Assembly: GCA_049320885.1 (NCBI GenBank)
Contig: JBMORA010000061.1
Coordinates: forward strand, 1-47,417
Direction: 5' to 3'
Length of the DNA stretch: 47,417 nt
Origin: Thermodesulfobacteriota bacterium
GTDB lineage: Bacteria; Desulfobacterota; Desulfobacteria; Desulfobacterales; SURF-7
A program made the translations under genes and the position numbers. The notes beneath the pieces are model-generated. The model had not been told where the DNA came from and ran no database searches. It was given only the letters and a program-made list of their open reading frames with translations. Of the stretch, positions 9,831 through 18,611 are shown piece after piece. Numbering within the stretch: the stretch's first letter is position 1; the number at the start of each line of letters is the position of its first letter.

Positions 9831-9859
9831 CTGATAGTATACCGTGGTATGGATGTCAA
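9831..9859 (-). promoter_or_regulatory. Sigma70-like promoter of the aro leader
   Basis: Minus strand TTGACA (9859-9854), 17 bp spacer, TATCAG (9836-9831), 30 bp before the leader ATG. Confidence 0.6.
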
Positions 9860-9938
9860 GGTTTTTTTGCATTTCCATCCCGCCCCCCGGTTCCGGCGAT
9901 GAACCAGGCCGGGTGCGGGCAGATGCATCCTGCCGGTT

Positions 9939-10973
9939 TTATTTTTCCGTTGGTTCCGGGTGGCCCGCCGGATGCGGATGGAGGACCTGTTCTAGCTTTT
10001 GGAGATTGACCACTTCGCCCACGGCGATCAGCGTGTCCCCGCCGCGGATAACGGCTTCAAAAGAAGGGTTGAATAGCATTCCGCCGCCGTCACCTTCCTT
10101 GATGGCGATGATGATCAGGTTGTATTTCTGCCGGATGCCCGAATCCTTGAGCGTCTTGTTGACCATATCCGATGAATGGGACACCGGGATTTCCTCCATC
10201 TGGATATGGCTTTTTCGATGGGTGAAGGCCAGGTCCATGAAACTGGTCACCGTCGGGCGCAGAATGCGCTGCGCCATGGTCGCGGCTCCCATCTCATAAG
10301 GCGACTCCACATAGTTGGCGCCGGCCGCCTTGAGTTTCGGTTTGGCCGACTCTTTGCCGGCCCGGGCGATGATATTCAAATTCGGGTTGAGCTGGTGGGC
10401 CGTCAACACCAGAAAGACATTGTCGGTATCCGTGCCCAGGGCCGCCACAAGCCCCTTGGCGCGGTCGATCCCGGCTTTCATCAGGATCTGTTCATCCGTG
10501 GCGTCGCCCACGATGTAGACCATTCTGTCGGCTTCCATGATCGGAACATGTTGCGGATTGTTATCAATGACCACCAGGTTGGGAACCTTGCCGCGGATGC
10601 TTTCGCATAACACGCGTCCGATGCGGCCGTAACCGCAGACAATATAATGATTTCTGGAGCGGTTGATCTGTTTGTCCAATCTTCTCCTCCCTAAAATGAT
10701 CCGGATGCGTCCTTCCACCATGAACTGAACCACGGCGCCGGCCACGTATGCGCTGAGCCCCACTCCCAGCAGCAGGATGAATATCGTGAAAAGCCGGCCG
10801 GTGAAATCCACCGGACGGACCTCGCTGAAGCCGACCGTTGTGATGGTGATGACGGTCATGTAGAGAGAATCCATGAAGTCCCAGCCTTCCAGCGTCATAT
10901 AACCGATGGTGCCGATGAGGATGATCAGCAGGGCCAGGAATGATGAAACCAAAAGGTGGCGGGTGTTGTTCAT
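9939..10973 (-). CDS. Potassium channel protein with TrkA-N/TrkA-C (RCK) domains
   Basis: Pore motif ITITTVGFSE, NAD-binding IVCGYGRIG, GDAT, C-terminal IIAIK...FNP. Confidence 0.92.
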   Translation of the reverse strand: MNNTRHLLVSSFLALLIILIGTIGYMTLEGWDFMDSLYMTVITITTVGFSEVRPVDFTGRLFTIFILLLGVGLSAYVAGAVVQFMVEGRIRIILGRRRLDKQINRSRNHYIVCGYGRIGRVLCESIRGKVPNLVVIDNNPQHVPIMEADRMVYIVGDATDEQILMKAGIDRAKGLVAALGTDTDNVFLVLTAHQLNPNLNIIARAGKESAKPKLKAAGANYVESPYEMGAATMAQRILRPTVTSFMDLAFTHRKSHIQMEEIPVSHSSDMVNKTLKDSGIRQKYNLIIIAIKEGDGGGMLFNPSFEAVIRGGDTLIAVGEVVNLQKLEQVLHPHPAGHPEPTEK

Positions 10974-11196
10974 GATCGGGGCGGATTGTCGCTCAATTCC
11001 AATTGGAAAAATGACAGTGATGGTTGTTGCCGCACGCGCGGCCTACCCGCAGGCGCTCAATCTCCAATCCGCCGTTTTTTACCATAAAACCAGTGGATCG
11101 GCAATAGGTCAGCCGTTTTAGCCAGTTGCCGCGTTCGCGGGGGGAGGAGGCATGCCTTCCATTGTGAGGGGTAAGGAGCCATTTCGGCAGCAGGTG

Positions 11197-13047
11197 TCAT
11201 GCGTTCTCGCTGAAAACAACCACTTGGTTGCGGCCGGCGGCCTTGGCCTGGTAAAGGGCTCTGTCCGCCTCGGCCAGAAGTTCCTCGGCTTCCTCCACGG
11301 AACCGGGGATGCGGGTGGAAACGCCCACGCTGACCGTCATGGGAAACGTGTGCCCGTTGATGGTGATGGGGGTTGATTCAATGGCCGACCGAATCCGCTC
11401 CGCGACATGGGCGGCATCCAGGGAATCGGTAGCGGGCAGGATGACCCCGAACTCCTCTCCGCCGTATCTGGCCACCGTGTCCGCCGGCCGCTTGGTTGAT
11501 TTTTCGATGGCCGCCGCCACGGCTTTCAGGCATTCATCCCCCATCTGGTGGCCATGTCGATCATTCACCTTTTTAAAATGGTCGATATCCACCATCAATA
11601 CGCTCAGTGGTAGTTTCTCACGATGGGAGCGTTTCCCTTCCTGGAGGATTCGATCATCAAAAAAACGTCTGTTTTTGACATTGGTGAGACCGTCCACCGT
11701 GCTGAGGGCCTCGAGTTTTTGATTGGCCTCGGAAAGCCGGTTCAGGGCGTTGTGCAAGGCCTGGGTGCGTTCATAGACTTTTTGTTCCAGGCTTGCATTG
11801 AGCGACTGCAATTCCCGGCGCATGGCATTGATGCGGTCCGCCAGGCCCAGGGACAGCAAGACCACCATGGACACCGCTCCGATGACGACGCCGTACCGGG
11901 TTAGGAATACTTCCGGGAGGAAAGAGAACACTTTCAGCGCATACACGATGGAACCAACCAGCAGAACGGACCAGGCAGCCAGAAAATAGGCGCCGGGCCT
12001 GAACCCCTTGCGTCGGCATACATATCCGCAGACAATCAGGGTCGGCGCATACACAAACACCATGAGCACATTATAGATGACGGCTACATAATACTCCACG
12101 GACAGCGAAAGAACGGCTCCCGCCAACCCGGCAGCGATGAAACCGGAAATCATCCGGTGAATCCGGGGGGTGTTCTTCCTTGTCTGGAGAAAATTTCTGA
12201 CGAATAAGGAACTCCAGACAATGGTGATGGACACGAAAAACGGAATGGCCCGTTTGCTCCACCACGGCGACCGGGGCCAGAGGTATTGAAAGGCGATCCC
12301 GTTTTCGGAAATGATGTAAAAAAAGAAGGCGCTGATGAAAAGAACGTAATACAGATAGCTGCGATCCCTGACGGAGAGGTAAATAAACAGATTGTAAGCG
12401 ATCATGACGATCATGATGCCGTAAAACAGTCCGAGAACATACTGGGATCGTTGTTCTTTTCGCAAAAATCCGTTGATGCTGTAAATGGTCATGGGCAGCG
12501 TCACGGAATCCTGACTCGCCACCTGGAGATAGTAGGTTTGATGGCGGAAGGGAAGGGCCTGAAGAGGAAAGACGAAATTGCGGTGCTTCATGTGGCGTTG
12601 GGGGAAGGGGAACCGTTGCCCCATGGTCCTCGCGGTTGTTTCCATCCCCGGAATCAGGCAGTACAAGGTCACCTCGTCCAGCAATGGATAAGCGATTTCC
12701 AGAAAAAGGGGGATACGGTTGGAACTCCGGTTGAAAATGGAAAAACGCAGCCAGTGGACTGATCGGGTGAATCCCAGATTGGGGCAATCCTGGCGGTTCG
12801 GCTGAAAAAGCCGGTTGATTTCAGGGGTCGTGATCTGCCGGATGGTATATTCAAGATGCCGGTCTTCCAGTAGGTCTATGCTTTTCCCGGCGATGGGATA
12901 GACATTCCTGCCCGCGGAGATGGAGATGCATTCTTCTGCGGATACGGTCGCGGGAAGGGTTGTCATGGAGCACAGGCTCCACAGGATTCCGATGACGGCG
13001 CCAATGGATTTCAAGTAACCGCCGGAAATGATGTTTTTCAAATACAT
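11197..13047 (-). CDS. Diguanylate cyclase with 7TM-DISM extracellular and 7TM domains
   Basis: NLGFTRSVHWLRF (DISMED2-like), multiple TM helices (GLFYGIMIVMIAYNLFIY), DGLT, DIDHFKKVND, RYGGEEF, ADRALYQAK. Confidence 0.93.
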   Translation of the reverse strand: MYLKNIISGGYLKSIGAVIGILWSLCSMTTLPATVSAEECISISAGRNVYPIAGKSIDLLEDRHLEYTIRQITTPEINRLFQPNRQDCPNLGFTRSVHWLRFSIFNRSSNRIPLFLEIAYPLLDEVTLYCLIPGMETTARTMGQRFPFPQRHMKHRNFVFPLQALPFRHQTYYLQVASQDSVTLPMTIYSINGFLRKEQRSQYVLGLFYGIMIVMIAYNLFIYLSVRDRSYLYYVLFISAFFFYIISENGIAFQYLWPRSPWWSKRAIPFFVSITIVWSSLFVRNFLQTRKNTPRIHRMISGFIAAGLAGAVLSLSVEYYVAVIYNVLMVFVYAPTLIVCGYVCRRKGFRPGAYFLAAWSVLLVGSIVYALKVFSFLPEVFLTRYGVVIGAVSMVVLLSLGLADRINAMRRELQSLNASLEQKVYERTQALHNALNRLSEANQKLEALSTVDGLTNVKNRRFFDDRILQEGKRSHREKLPLSVLMVDIDHFKKVNDRHGHQMGDECLKAVAAAIEKSTKRPADTVARYGGEEFGVILPATDSLDAAHVAERIRSAIESTPITINGHTFPMTVSVGVSTRIPGSVEEAEELLAEADRALYQAKAAGRNQVVVFSENA

Positions 13048-13196
13048 GGGTCTTTTTACGGTCTCACGAAAAAATATGCAAGCAGGAATCGAAGGCTTCC
13101 GGGTGAATCAAAAGAACATGGAAACGAGGAGATAGGGTGTGATGTTTTTCTTTTCACCTCACGCGAAGGCGCGAAACCGGCGAAGAGGGCGGAATG

Positions 13197-13233
13197 AAAA
13201 AAAGGTTTGCAACGGTGCAGGTTGCAAACCTTT
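13197..13233 (-). terminator. Intrinsic terminator downstream of the tRNA-Arg 3' end
   Basis: 13-bp perfect inverted repeat AAAGGTTTGCAAC/GTTGCAAACCTTT followed by a T-run on the minus strand. Confidence 0.85.
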
Positions 13234-13241
13234 GATTGTCG

Positions 13242-13286
13242 TGGCGCGCCCGGAGGGATTCGAACCCCCGACCAACGGATTCGTAG
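13242..13286 (-). tRNA. 3' half of tRNA-Arg(ACG); att core of an integrated element (not a complete tRNA)
   Basis: Minus strand CTACGAATCCGTTGGTCGGGGGTTCGAATCCCTCCGGGCGCGCCA: anticodon loop, T arm with GTTCGAATC and CCA end are present; no D arm, acceptor 5' strand or complementary 5' anticodon stem upstream. Confidence 0.85.
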
Positions 13287-13403
13287 GCAGGACCTTCGGG
13301 TTTTCTAACCTCCTCATTTTTTTGTAATATGCTGTTTTTATTGAATTGGGGTTTGTCGGATTTTCCAGGCAAACCCCAATTTTTTCCTATTTTGGAAAAA
13401 TTT

Positions 13404-13423
13404 TCTCACACAGAGTCTCACAC
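13404..13423 (+). repeat. Tandem direct repeat TCTCACAC x2 (putative integrase arm-type sites)
   Basis: TCTCACAC at 13404-13411 and 13416-13423, about 120 bp inside the att core; an inverted repeat also lies at 13344-13381. Confidence 0.5.
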
Positions 13424-13527
13424 GGAAAATGGATATCTCCGGTTGGAAATTGGCTCACTCAAATTATGTTTCCGGAGGAGTCACCAGCAGGCCATGCTTT
13501 TTTTTTCATTAAACCCCTACACGAAAA

Positions 13528-14541
13528 TCACGCACTGCGAGGCTGGTTTCTGTCGCCGGCCTCCTCCAGATAATGATCCAGCAGGGAACGCGCTTCCCGC
13601 TGGACGGATTCCCGCAAGGATTCCGGCGCCAGGACCCTGGCCTTGCCGCCCCAGCTCATGACCCAGAATTTGATTTCATCGATGCCGGCCACCCGGGCCT
13701 CGAAGATCACGGACCCGTCCTTGTTCTGGCGGATCTTCTGGGAGGCGTGCCATTGTTTTTCCTTGATGAAACCGCTGACCTCGGGCGCGAACCAGATCCG
13801 GACATTCACGGGTTGCCCCTGGAACACGCCGAAACTGTTTCGCATGAATTCGGCCAGGTCGAATTCGTCCGGGATTTCGAAGCATTCCTCCGTGGGTGCC
13901 AGCAGTTTGATCCGGTCGATGGCGAACATCCGGACCTCCCTGCGCAGGTGGCAGTGGCCGATGAGGTAAAACGTGCCGTTGAAGAACCAGACGTGATAGG
14001 GTGAAACCGTGCGTTTGGTTTCAGCGTTGCGGCTCATGGTGTGATACATGATGTCGATGCATTTCCGGTGAATCAGGCAATCATTGATACGGTTCAGGAT
14101 TTCCCGGTGTTTGGCGTAGGATGCCCGGGGCCGGGTGGCCATGTGGTAATGCCGGTCAAGATGCCCCAGCGAGGCCACCATTTCCGGGGGCAGGGTGGCC
14201 TCGATCTTGCGGAACAGGGAATCCAGCGCGTCGTAGAAAATCGTGTGTTGAAACATCCGCAGCATGCCCTGGCCGGCATACAGGGCGATCATTTCCGGAA
14301 ACGTGACCGGCAGCGGAATGGTTTGCTTGAAGGAGTCCAGCACGCAATAATGGGTGACTCTACGGCGTTTCTCTGTGTAGAGGGGAAATCCGGCCGTCTC
14401 CAGGGCCACGATGTCCCGGTAGACGGTGCGCTTGCTGCAGCCCCCCGCGGCCGCAAGCTCCAGGGCGGTCATGCCGTTCCGGGAGGAAAGGATGGTCTTC
14501 AGAATCGTCCACTGCCTGCCGAGTTGATCACCACGAGCCAT
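13528..14541 (-). CDS. HTH-WYL-WCX transcriptional regulator (PafBC/DriD/BrxR-like family)
   Basis: N-terminal wHTH (SKRTVYRDIVALETAGFPL), WYL core (RTVSPYHVWFFNGTFYLIGHCHLRREVRMFAIDRI), WCX (KQWHASQ...WVMSWGGKARVLAPESLR); start at MARGDQ. Confidence 0.92.
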   Translation of the reverse strand: MARGDQLGRQWTILKTILSSRNGMTALELAAAGGCSKRTVYRDIVALETAGFPLYTEKRRRVTHYCVLDSFKQTIPLPVTFPEMIALYAGQGMLRMFQHTIFYDALDSLFRKIEATLPPEMVASLGHLDRHYHMATRPRASYAKHREILNRINDCLIHRKCIDIMYHTMSRNAETKRTVSPYHVWFFNGTFYLIGHCHLRREVRMFAIDRIKLLAPTEECFEIPDEFDLAEFMRNSFGVFQGQPVNVRIWFAPEVSGFIKEKQWHASQKIRQNKDGSVIFEARVAGIDEIKFWVMSWGGKARVLAPESLRESVQREARSLLDHYLEEAGDRNQPRSA

Positions 14542-14555
14542 ACCATCGCACTCCG

Positions 14556-14836
14556 AAAAATTTTTGAAGATGGTTTCTGTCCTGTGTCCGCATCCGACGC
14601 ACCCGTGTGCTATCCATGCATGCAACAGACGGGTTCCGGTATCATCGGGTTATGGAATAAAAATAAAAATCAGCACATTATAATCTTATTTTCCATAAAA
14701 CGCAATACAATTAACCTGTTACGATTAGATTGCCAATAAGAATCGAGATTATAAATGGTTATCGGAAAAATCGAGGGATATCCGTGTTGACAGCATGCGA
14801 GCGTAGGATTAATTGAAAATTCTTTAATAATGTTAA
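14556..14836 (+). repeat. Diverged copy A of the repeated upstream module
   Basis: Shares TTTTTGAAGATGGTTTCnGTCCTGTGTCCG, GCAATAC, TTGACA (14787) and terminal GTTAA, in the same order, with the 15046 and 16799 copies. Confidence 0.65.
14583..14614 (+). promoter_or_regulatory. Putative WYL box copy A (TGTGTC-CGCATCC-GACGCA then CCCG-TGTGCTATC)
   Basis: Imperfect inverted repeat with a 7-bp spacer, 42 bp upstream of the divergent WYL start codon; same motif recurs at 15210, 16964 and 44719. Confidence 0.65.
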
Positions 14837-14853
14837 GAGGAAATGGAGTCGTA

Positions 14854-14973
14854 ATGGTTTTTGATCACAACAGACCTTTCAATGAGCTCCTCTTGCTGCC
14901 ACCTGAGACAGACCTGAATGCGCCCTTCTTGGCGATCTTGAAAGAGATCGATGGTATCGACACGTTTTCCTGA
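14854..14973 (+). pseudogene. Remnant of a Fic-family gene (N-terminus joined to a probable C-terminal tail)
   Basis: 39 aa MVFDHNRPFNELLLLPPETDLNAPFLAILKEIDGIDTFS; start resembles the Fic N-terminal 'FDPxxPYNDLPLLPP' motif; RBS-like GGAG upstream; catalytic HPFxxGNGR absent. Confidence 0.55.
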
Positions 14974-15045
14974 TATGTCGAAAAAAAACAAAAAAATCGA
15001 CATATCATACCAACGTGTCGATGAAAGCGCATGATTATCGTCGCT

Positions 15046-15445
15046 AGATAACTGAAAAAATGAAAGAGATTCTTTCCCTGCCGGAGGCAACAGCATACTG
15101 CTTTTTTGTTTTTAATCTGTGTTAATCTGAGAAATCTGCGGATAAACCGTTTTTCCCGCCGGAGGCAGAGAGATTGATCCAAAAGATTTTTTGAAGATGG
15201 TTTCCGTCCTGTGTCCGCATCTGCCACACACTTGTGATACAGATACACCCACTCGGATTTTTCAGTTTCCGACTAAAAAGTATAGCATAAACAAATCAAG
15301 ATATTATGACCCTATTTGGGCAGAAAGGCAATACTATTGATATGCTAGGTTGATTTGGTTGAAAATGAAGCATAAATAAATACTTATCAGTATTGACAAG
15401 CCGCCGACTATGCGGTTTAGATAAAAATCTTCTTACCATTGTTAA
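15046..15445 (+). repeat. ~400-bp direct repeat copy B (palindromic-element arm, WYL box, IHF-like site, TTGACA)
   Basis: Aligns end to end with 16799-17200 with long identical blocks; WYL box 15210-15228, AATCAAGATATTA 15294-15306, TTGACA 15393. Confidence 0.92.
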
Positions 15446-15568
15446 GGCCGGGTATTCATTTTACGTGAAGACGGGAAGGATCAACGATCCCATCAAGGGT
15501 TGCTGGGAAAGTCCGGCCAGAGCAAAGACTCAAACAAAGATGGGACTGTAGTGGAGTTTGAGCTGCGA

Positions 15569-16746
15569 ATGAACGTCAATGAACACCAAATACGGGAGCT
15601 GATCCGCAAAGGCGAGGGGATCGACCTCGAATTCAAGACCTGTCGAAATCAGCTGAACCGCGATGTCTACGAAACCGTCTGCTCCTTTCTCAATCGGCAT
15701 GGCGGAACCATCCTGCTGGGGGTTCAGGATTCCGGTCATGTCCAGGGGATTGACAGCGATGCGGTCGCCCAGGTTCGCAAGGATTTTGTCACCGCCACCA
15801 ACAATCCGCAAAAGATATCCCCGCCCACCTATCTGTCAGTGGATGAAGTGATGGTCGCAGGAAAATCGGTGCTGCGGATTTATGTGCCCGAAAGTTCACA
15901 GGTCCATCGTTGCAACGGCCGTATTTTCGACCGCAACGAAGACGGCGACCTGGATATCACCGATCACACCGTCCAGGTAGCCGGCCTCTATCAGCGCAAA
16001 CAGTCGACTTTCAGCGAAAACAAAGTGTACCCCTGGATTCAAATCGATGCGTTACGTGCGGAGTTGATCGAAAAATGCCGGCGATACGTTCGAATCAATG
16101 CAGAAGCCTGCGGGATGTCATTTTCCGCGAAGTTGCGTCCAATCTCCTGATCCACCGTGAATATGCCAGCGGCGTTCCCGCACGGCTCATTATCGAATAC
16201 GGTAAAGTGACCACTTTTAACGCCAATCGTCCTAATGGATTCGGCGTTCTCAACCCGGAAAACTTCACCCCCTACCCAAAGAACCCGGTGCTCGGTGCCT
16301 TTTTCCGTGAAATCGACCGAGCCGATGAGCTGGGTTCCGGCATGCGCAAGATGATGATGTATGGCAAGAGGTACGGGGGAAAAGACCCGCAACTCATCGA
16401 AGGCGACCTGTTCCGAATGATCATTCAAGTGCCTGAATTTGGCGAAGACCCAGCGGCAATTCACGGGACGGGACAAGTCGCCCCCGAAGTCGCCCCCGAA
16501 GTCACCCCCGAAGTCACCCCCGAAGTGCAAAGAATGCTCGCGGTACTTCATGGCGAGATGGCGCGCGGTGAACTCATGGCCCATTTGGGCTTGAAGGATG
16601 AAAAACATTTCCGCGAGCATTATCAACAAGCGGGCATCGCCTCTGGTGTAATTGAGATGACCATTCCCGACAAACCGAGGAGCCGGTTGCAGAAATACCG
16701 GCTTACCGAAAAAGGCAAGGCCTTCCTATCCGCCAAGGGAAGGTGA
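15569..16746 (+). pseudogene. Schlafen/AlbA_2 + RecG-C (HATPase_c_4-like) + C-terminal HTH protein, frameshifted by a probable internal deletion near 16100
   Basis: First frame: GEGIDLEFK...ETVCSFLNRHGGTILLGVQD (AlbA_2); other frame: REVASNLLIHREY...KNPVLGAFF...DELGSGMRK...IEMTIPDKPRSRLQKYRLT. Confidence 0.8.
16475..16526 (+). repeat. 12-bp coding tandem repeat AAGTCRCCCCCG x4 (VAPE/VTPE linker)
   Basis: Visible directly; encodes QVAPEVAPEVTPEVTPEV before the C-terminal HTH. Confidence 0.9.
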
Positions 16747-16773
16747 CGAGGCAAAAGAAACTGTCTTTTTTCA

Positions 16774-16897
16774 ATCCACCGATTACGCAGATTAACGCAG
16801 ATAACTGAAAAAACGAAAGACAATTATTTCCCTGCCGGAGGCAACAGCATACTGCTTTTTTGTTTTTAATCTGTGTTAATCTGAGAAATCTGCGGAT
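16774..16897. repeat. REP/MITE-like palindromic element with 29-bp imperfect terminal inverted repeats built of CAGATT-like units
   Basis: ATCCACCGATTACGCAGATTAACGCAGAT (16774-16802) vs ATCTGTGTTAATCTGAGAAATCTGCGGAT (16869-16897): 24/29 complementary; related arms at 15115-15143 and 43411-43446. Confidence 0.75.
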
Positions 16898-17200
16898 AAA
16901 CCGCTGTTACCGCCGGAGGCAGAGAGATTGATCCAAAAGATTTTTTGAAGATGGTTTCCGTCCTGTGTCCGAATCTGACACACACTTGTGATATAGATAA
17001 AAACAATCGGATGTTTCGGAATCCGATTAAAATAGTATAGTATTAACAAATCAAGGTATTATGGCCCTATTTTATCAGAAAGGCAATACTATTGATATGT
17101 TAGGTTGATTTAATTGAAAATGAAGCATAAATAAATACTTATCGGTATTGACAAGCCGCTGACTTTGCGGTTTAGATAAAAATCTTCTTAACATCGTTAA
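16799..17200 (+). repeat. ~400-bp direct repeat copy C
   Basis: Near-identical to 15046-15445; perfect box TGTGTC-CGAATCT-GACACA at 16964-16982, AATCAAGGTATTA 17049-17061, TTGACA 17148. Confidence 0.92.
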
Positions 17201-17256
17201 AGTCGCGTCTGCATTTCTTTCATTTGTATAGGTTGGGTTTCGTGGTGGCAGTTGCA

Positions 17257-18192
17257 GTGACAGACATCCAGACAGACCTTCCCAAAGCCCGCGGCATGTT
17301 CTTCGGCCTGGCCATCGGCGATGCCCTGGGCTGGCCCACGGAATTCCTCAAGCTTCCGGAAATCAAGCGCCGCTATGGCCAAGCAGGCATCACCGACCTG
17401 CCAAACCCGGCCCTGTTCACCGACGACACCCAGATGAGCATCGCCATTGCCGAAGCCCTGATCCGCGCCGGCGAAAAGGACCTGGACACCCTCATGGCAG
17501 CCGTCCGGGAGGAATTTGTCCGTTGGCGCCATTCCCCGGAAAACAACCGCGCTCCGGGCAACACCTGCCTCAAGGGCGTTTCCAACCTGGAACGCGGGAC
17601 CCACTGGAGGGAAAGCGGTCTCGACTCCAAGGGCTGCGGCTCGGCCATGCGCGCCGCCCCCATCGGTTATCTGTACCAGCACCACCCGGACAAACTGAGG
17701 GCCGTGGCCCACGCCACCGGCGTCTGCACCCATGCCCACCGCACTGCCGACGCCGCCTGCATCGGCGCGGCCTATCTGGTGAAGCTGGCCCTGGACCACA
17801 CGCCCCCGGACCGGATGATCCCCGAACTCCTGGCCTTCACCCACGGCATCTCCCTTGAATTCGACAAGGCCATCCACAAAGTGGCGGAATGCCTGCCCTG
17901 GCCGGACCATGAAGCCGCCCTGCACCACCTCGGCGAAGGCTGGATCGCCGAAGAAGCCGTGGCCCTGGCCCTATACTGTTTTCTCAAACACCCCGACGGT
18001 TACACCGCCACCATCATCCGCGCCGCCAACACCAACGGCGACTCGGATTCCATTGCCTGCATCGCCGGGGGGATCAGCGGGGCGTATCTGGGGGTTGAGG
18101 CAATTCCTGGTGATTGGGTCAGACGGATTGAAAAGGCGGAGTATTTGGAGGATCTTGCTGGTCGACTGTCGGAAAAAAAGGAGAGGTCGTGA
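17257..18192 (+). CDS. ADP-ribosylglycohydrolase (DraG/ARH family)
   Basis: GLAIGDALG, TDDTQM, GCGSAMR, THAH, NGDSDSIACIAGGISGA; start uncertain (17224 TTG or 17257 GTG). Confidence 0.92.
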   Translation: MTDIQTDLPKARGMFFGLAIGDALGWPTEFLKLPEIKRRYGQAGITDLPNPALFTDDTQMSIAIAEALIRAGEKDLDTLMAAVREEFVRWRHSPENNRAPGNTCLKGVSNLERGTHWRESGLDSKGCGSAMRAAPIGYLYQHHPDKLRAVAHATGVCTHAHRTADAACIGAAYLVKLALDHTPPDRMIPELLAFTHGISLEFDKAIHKVAECLPWPDHEAALHHLGEGWIAEEAVALALYCFLKHPDGYTATIIRAANTNGDSDSIACIAGGISGAYLGVEAIPGDWVRRIEKAEYLEDLAGRLSEKKERS

Positions 18193-18359
18193 AAAGATCA
18201 CAAAGATAGCGTTTTTTAAATAAAAATGCTGAGTTAGGCCAGCCATCTTATTTCGTGAAGATTGGACGAGTTCAAACATTCCATTAACGACCGCGCGGAA
18301 AGTCCGCCCGTCAGCAAAGGCCAAATAAGATTGGAATCGTATTGGAGTAAGCGCAACGA

Positions 18360-18610
18360 ATGAATGTAAGTGAGCATCAAATACAGGAGATGATACGCAA
18401 AGATGAGGGGCTTGACCTCGAGTTTAAAGCTTGCCGAAATCAGACTACCCCAATGTTTACGAAACGGTCTGCTCATTTCTCAATCGACATGGCGGAACCA
18501 TACAGAATAGATTTAGCGCCCTCAACTCGGAAAATTTTACCGCCTACCCAAAGAACTCGGTGATCGGTTTTTGCCGTGAAATTGGTAGTGACGATGAACT
18601 CGGAAGGGGC
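18360..18610 (+). pseudogene. Second, heavily deleted remnant of the AlbA_2/RecG-C gene
   Basis: MNVSEHQIQEMIRKDEGLDLEFKACRNQ / VYETVCSFLNRHGGTI / NRFSALNSENFTAYPKNSVIGFCREIGSDDELG match separate segments of the 15569-16746 gene; upstream DNA from ~18232 also resembles 15441-15568. Confidence 0.85.
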
Positions 18611-18611
18611 A

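Noticed and set aside
13242..13320. Complete tRNA-Arg gene
   Set aside because: Only the anticodon loop to CCA is present; upstream bases cannot form the D arm, the anticodon stem or the acceptor stem
16090..16150. Programmed frameshift in the AlbA_2 gene
   Set aside because: No slippery heptamer at the junction, and the joined product appears to lack a central segment; a deletion is the simpler explanation
16475..16526. Short tandem repeats as a possible CRISPR array
   Set aside because: 12-bp in-frame coding repeats with no spacers; no cas genes or repeat-spacer array seen anywhere in the window
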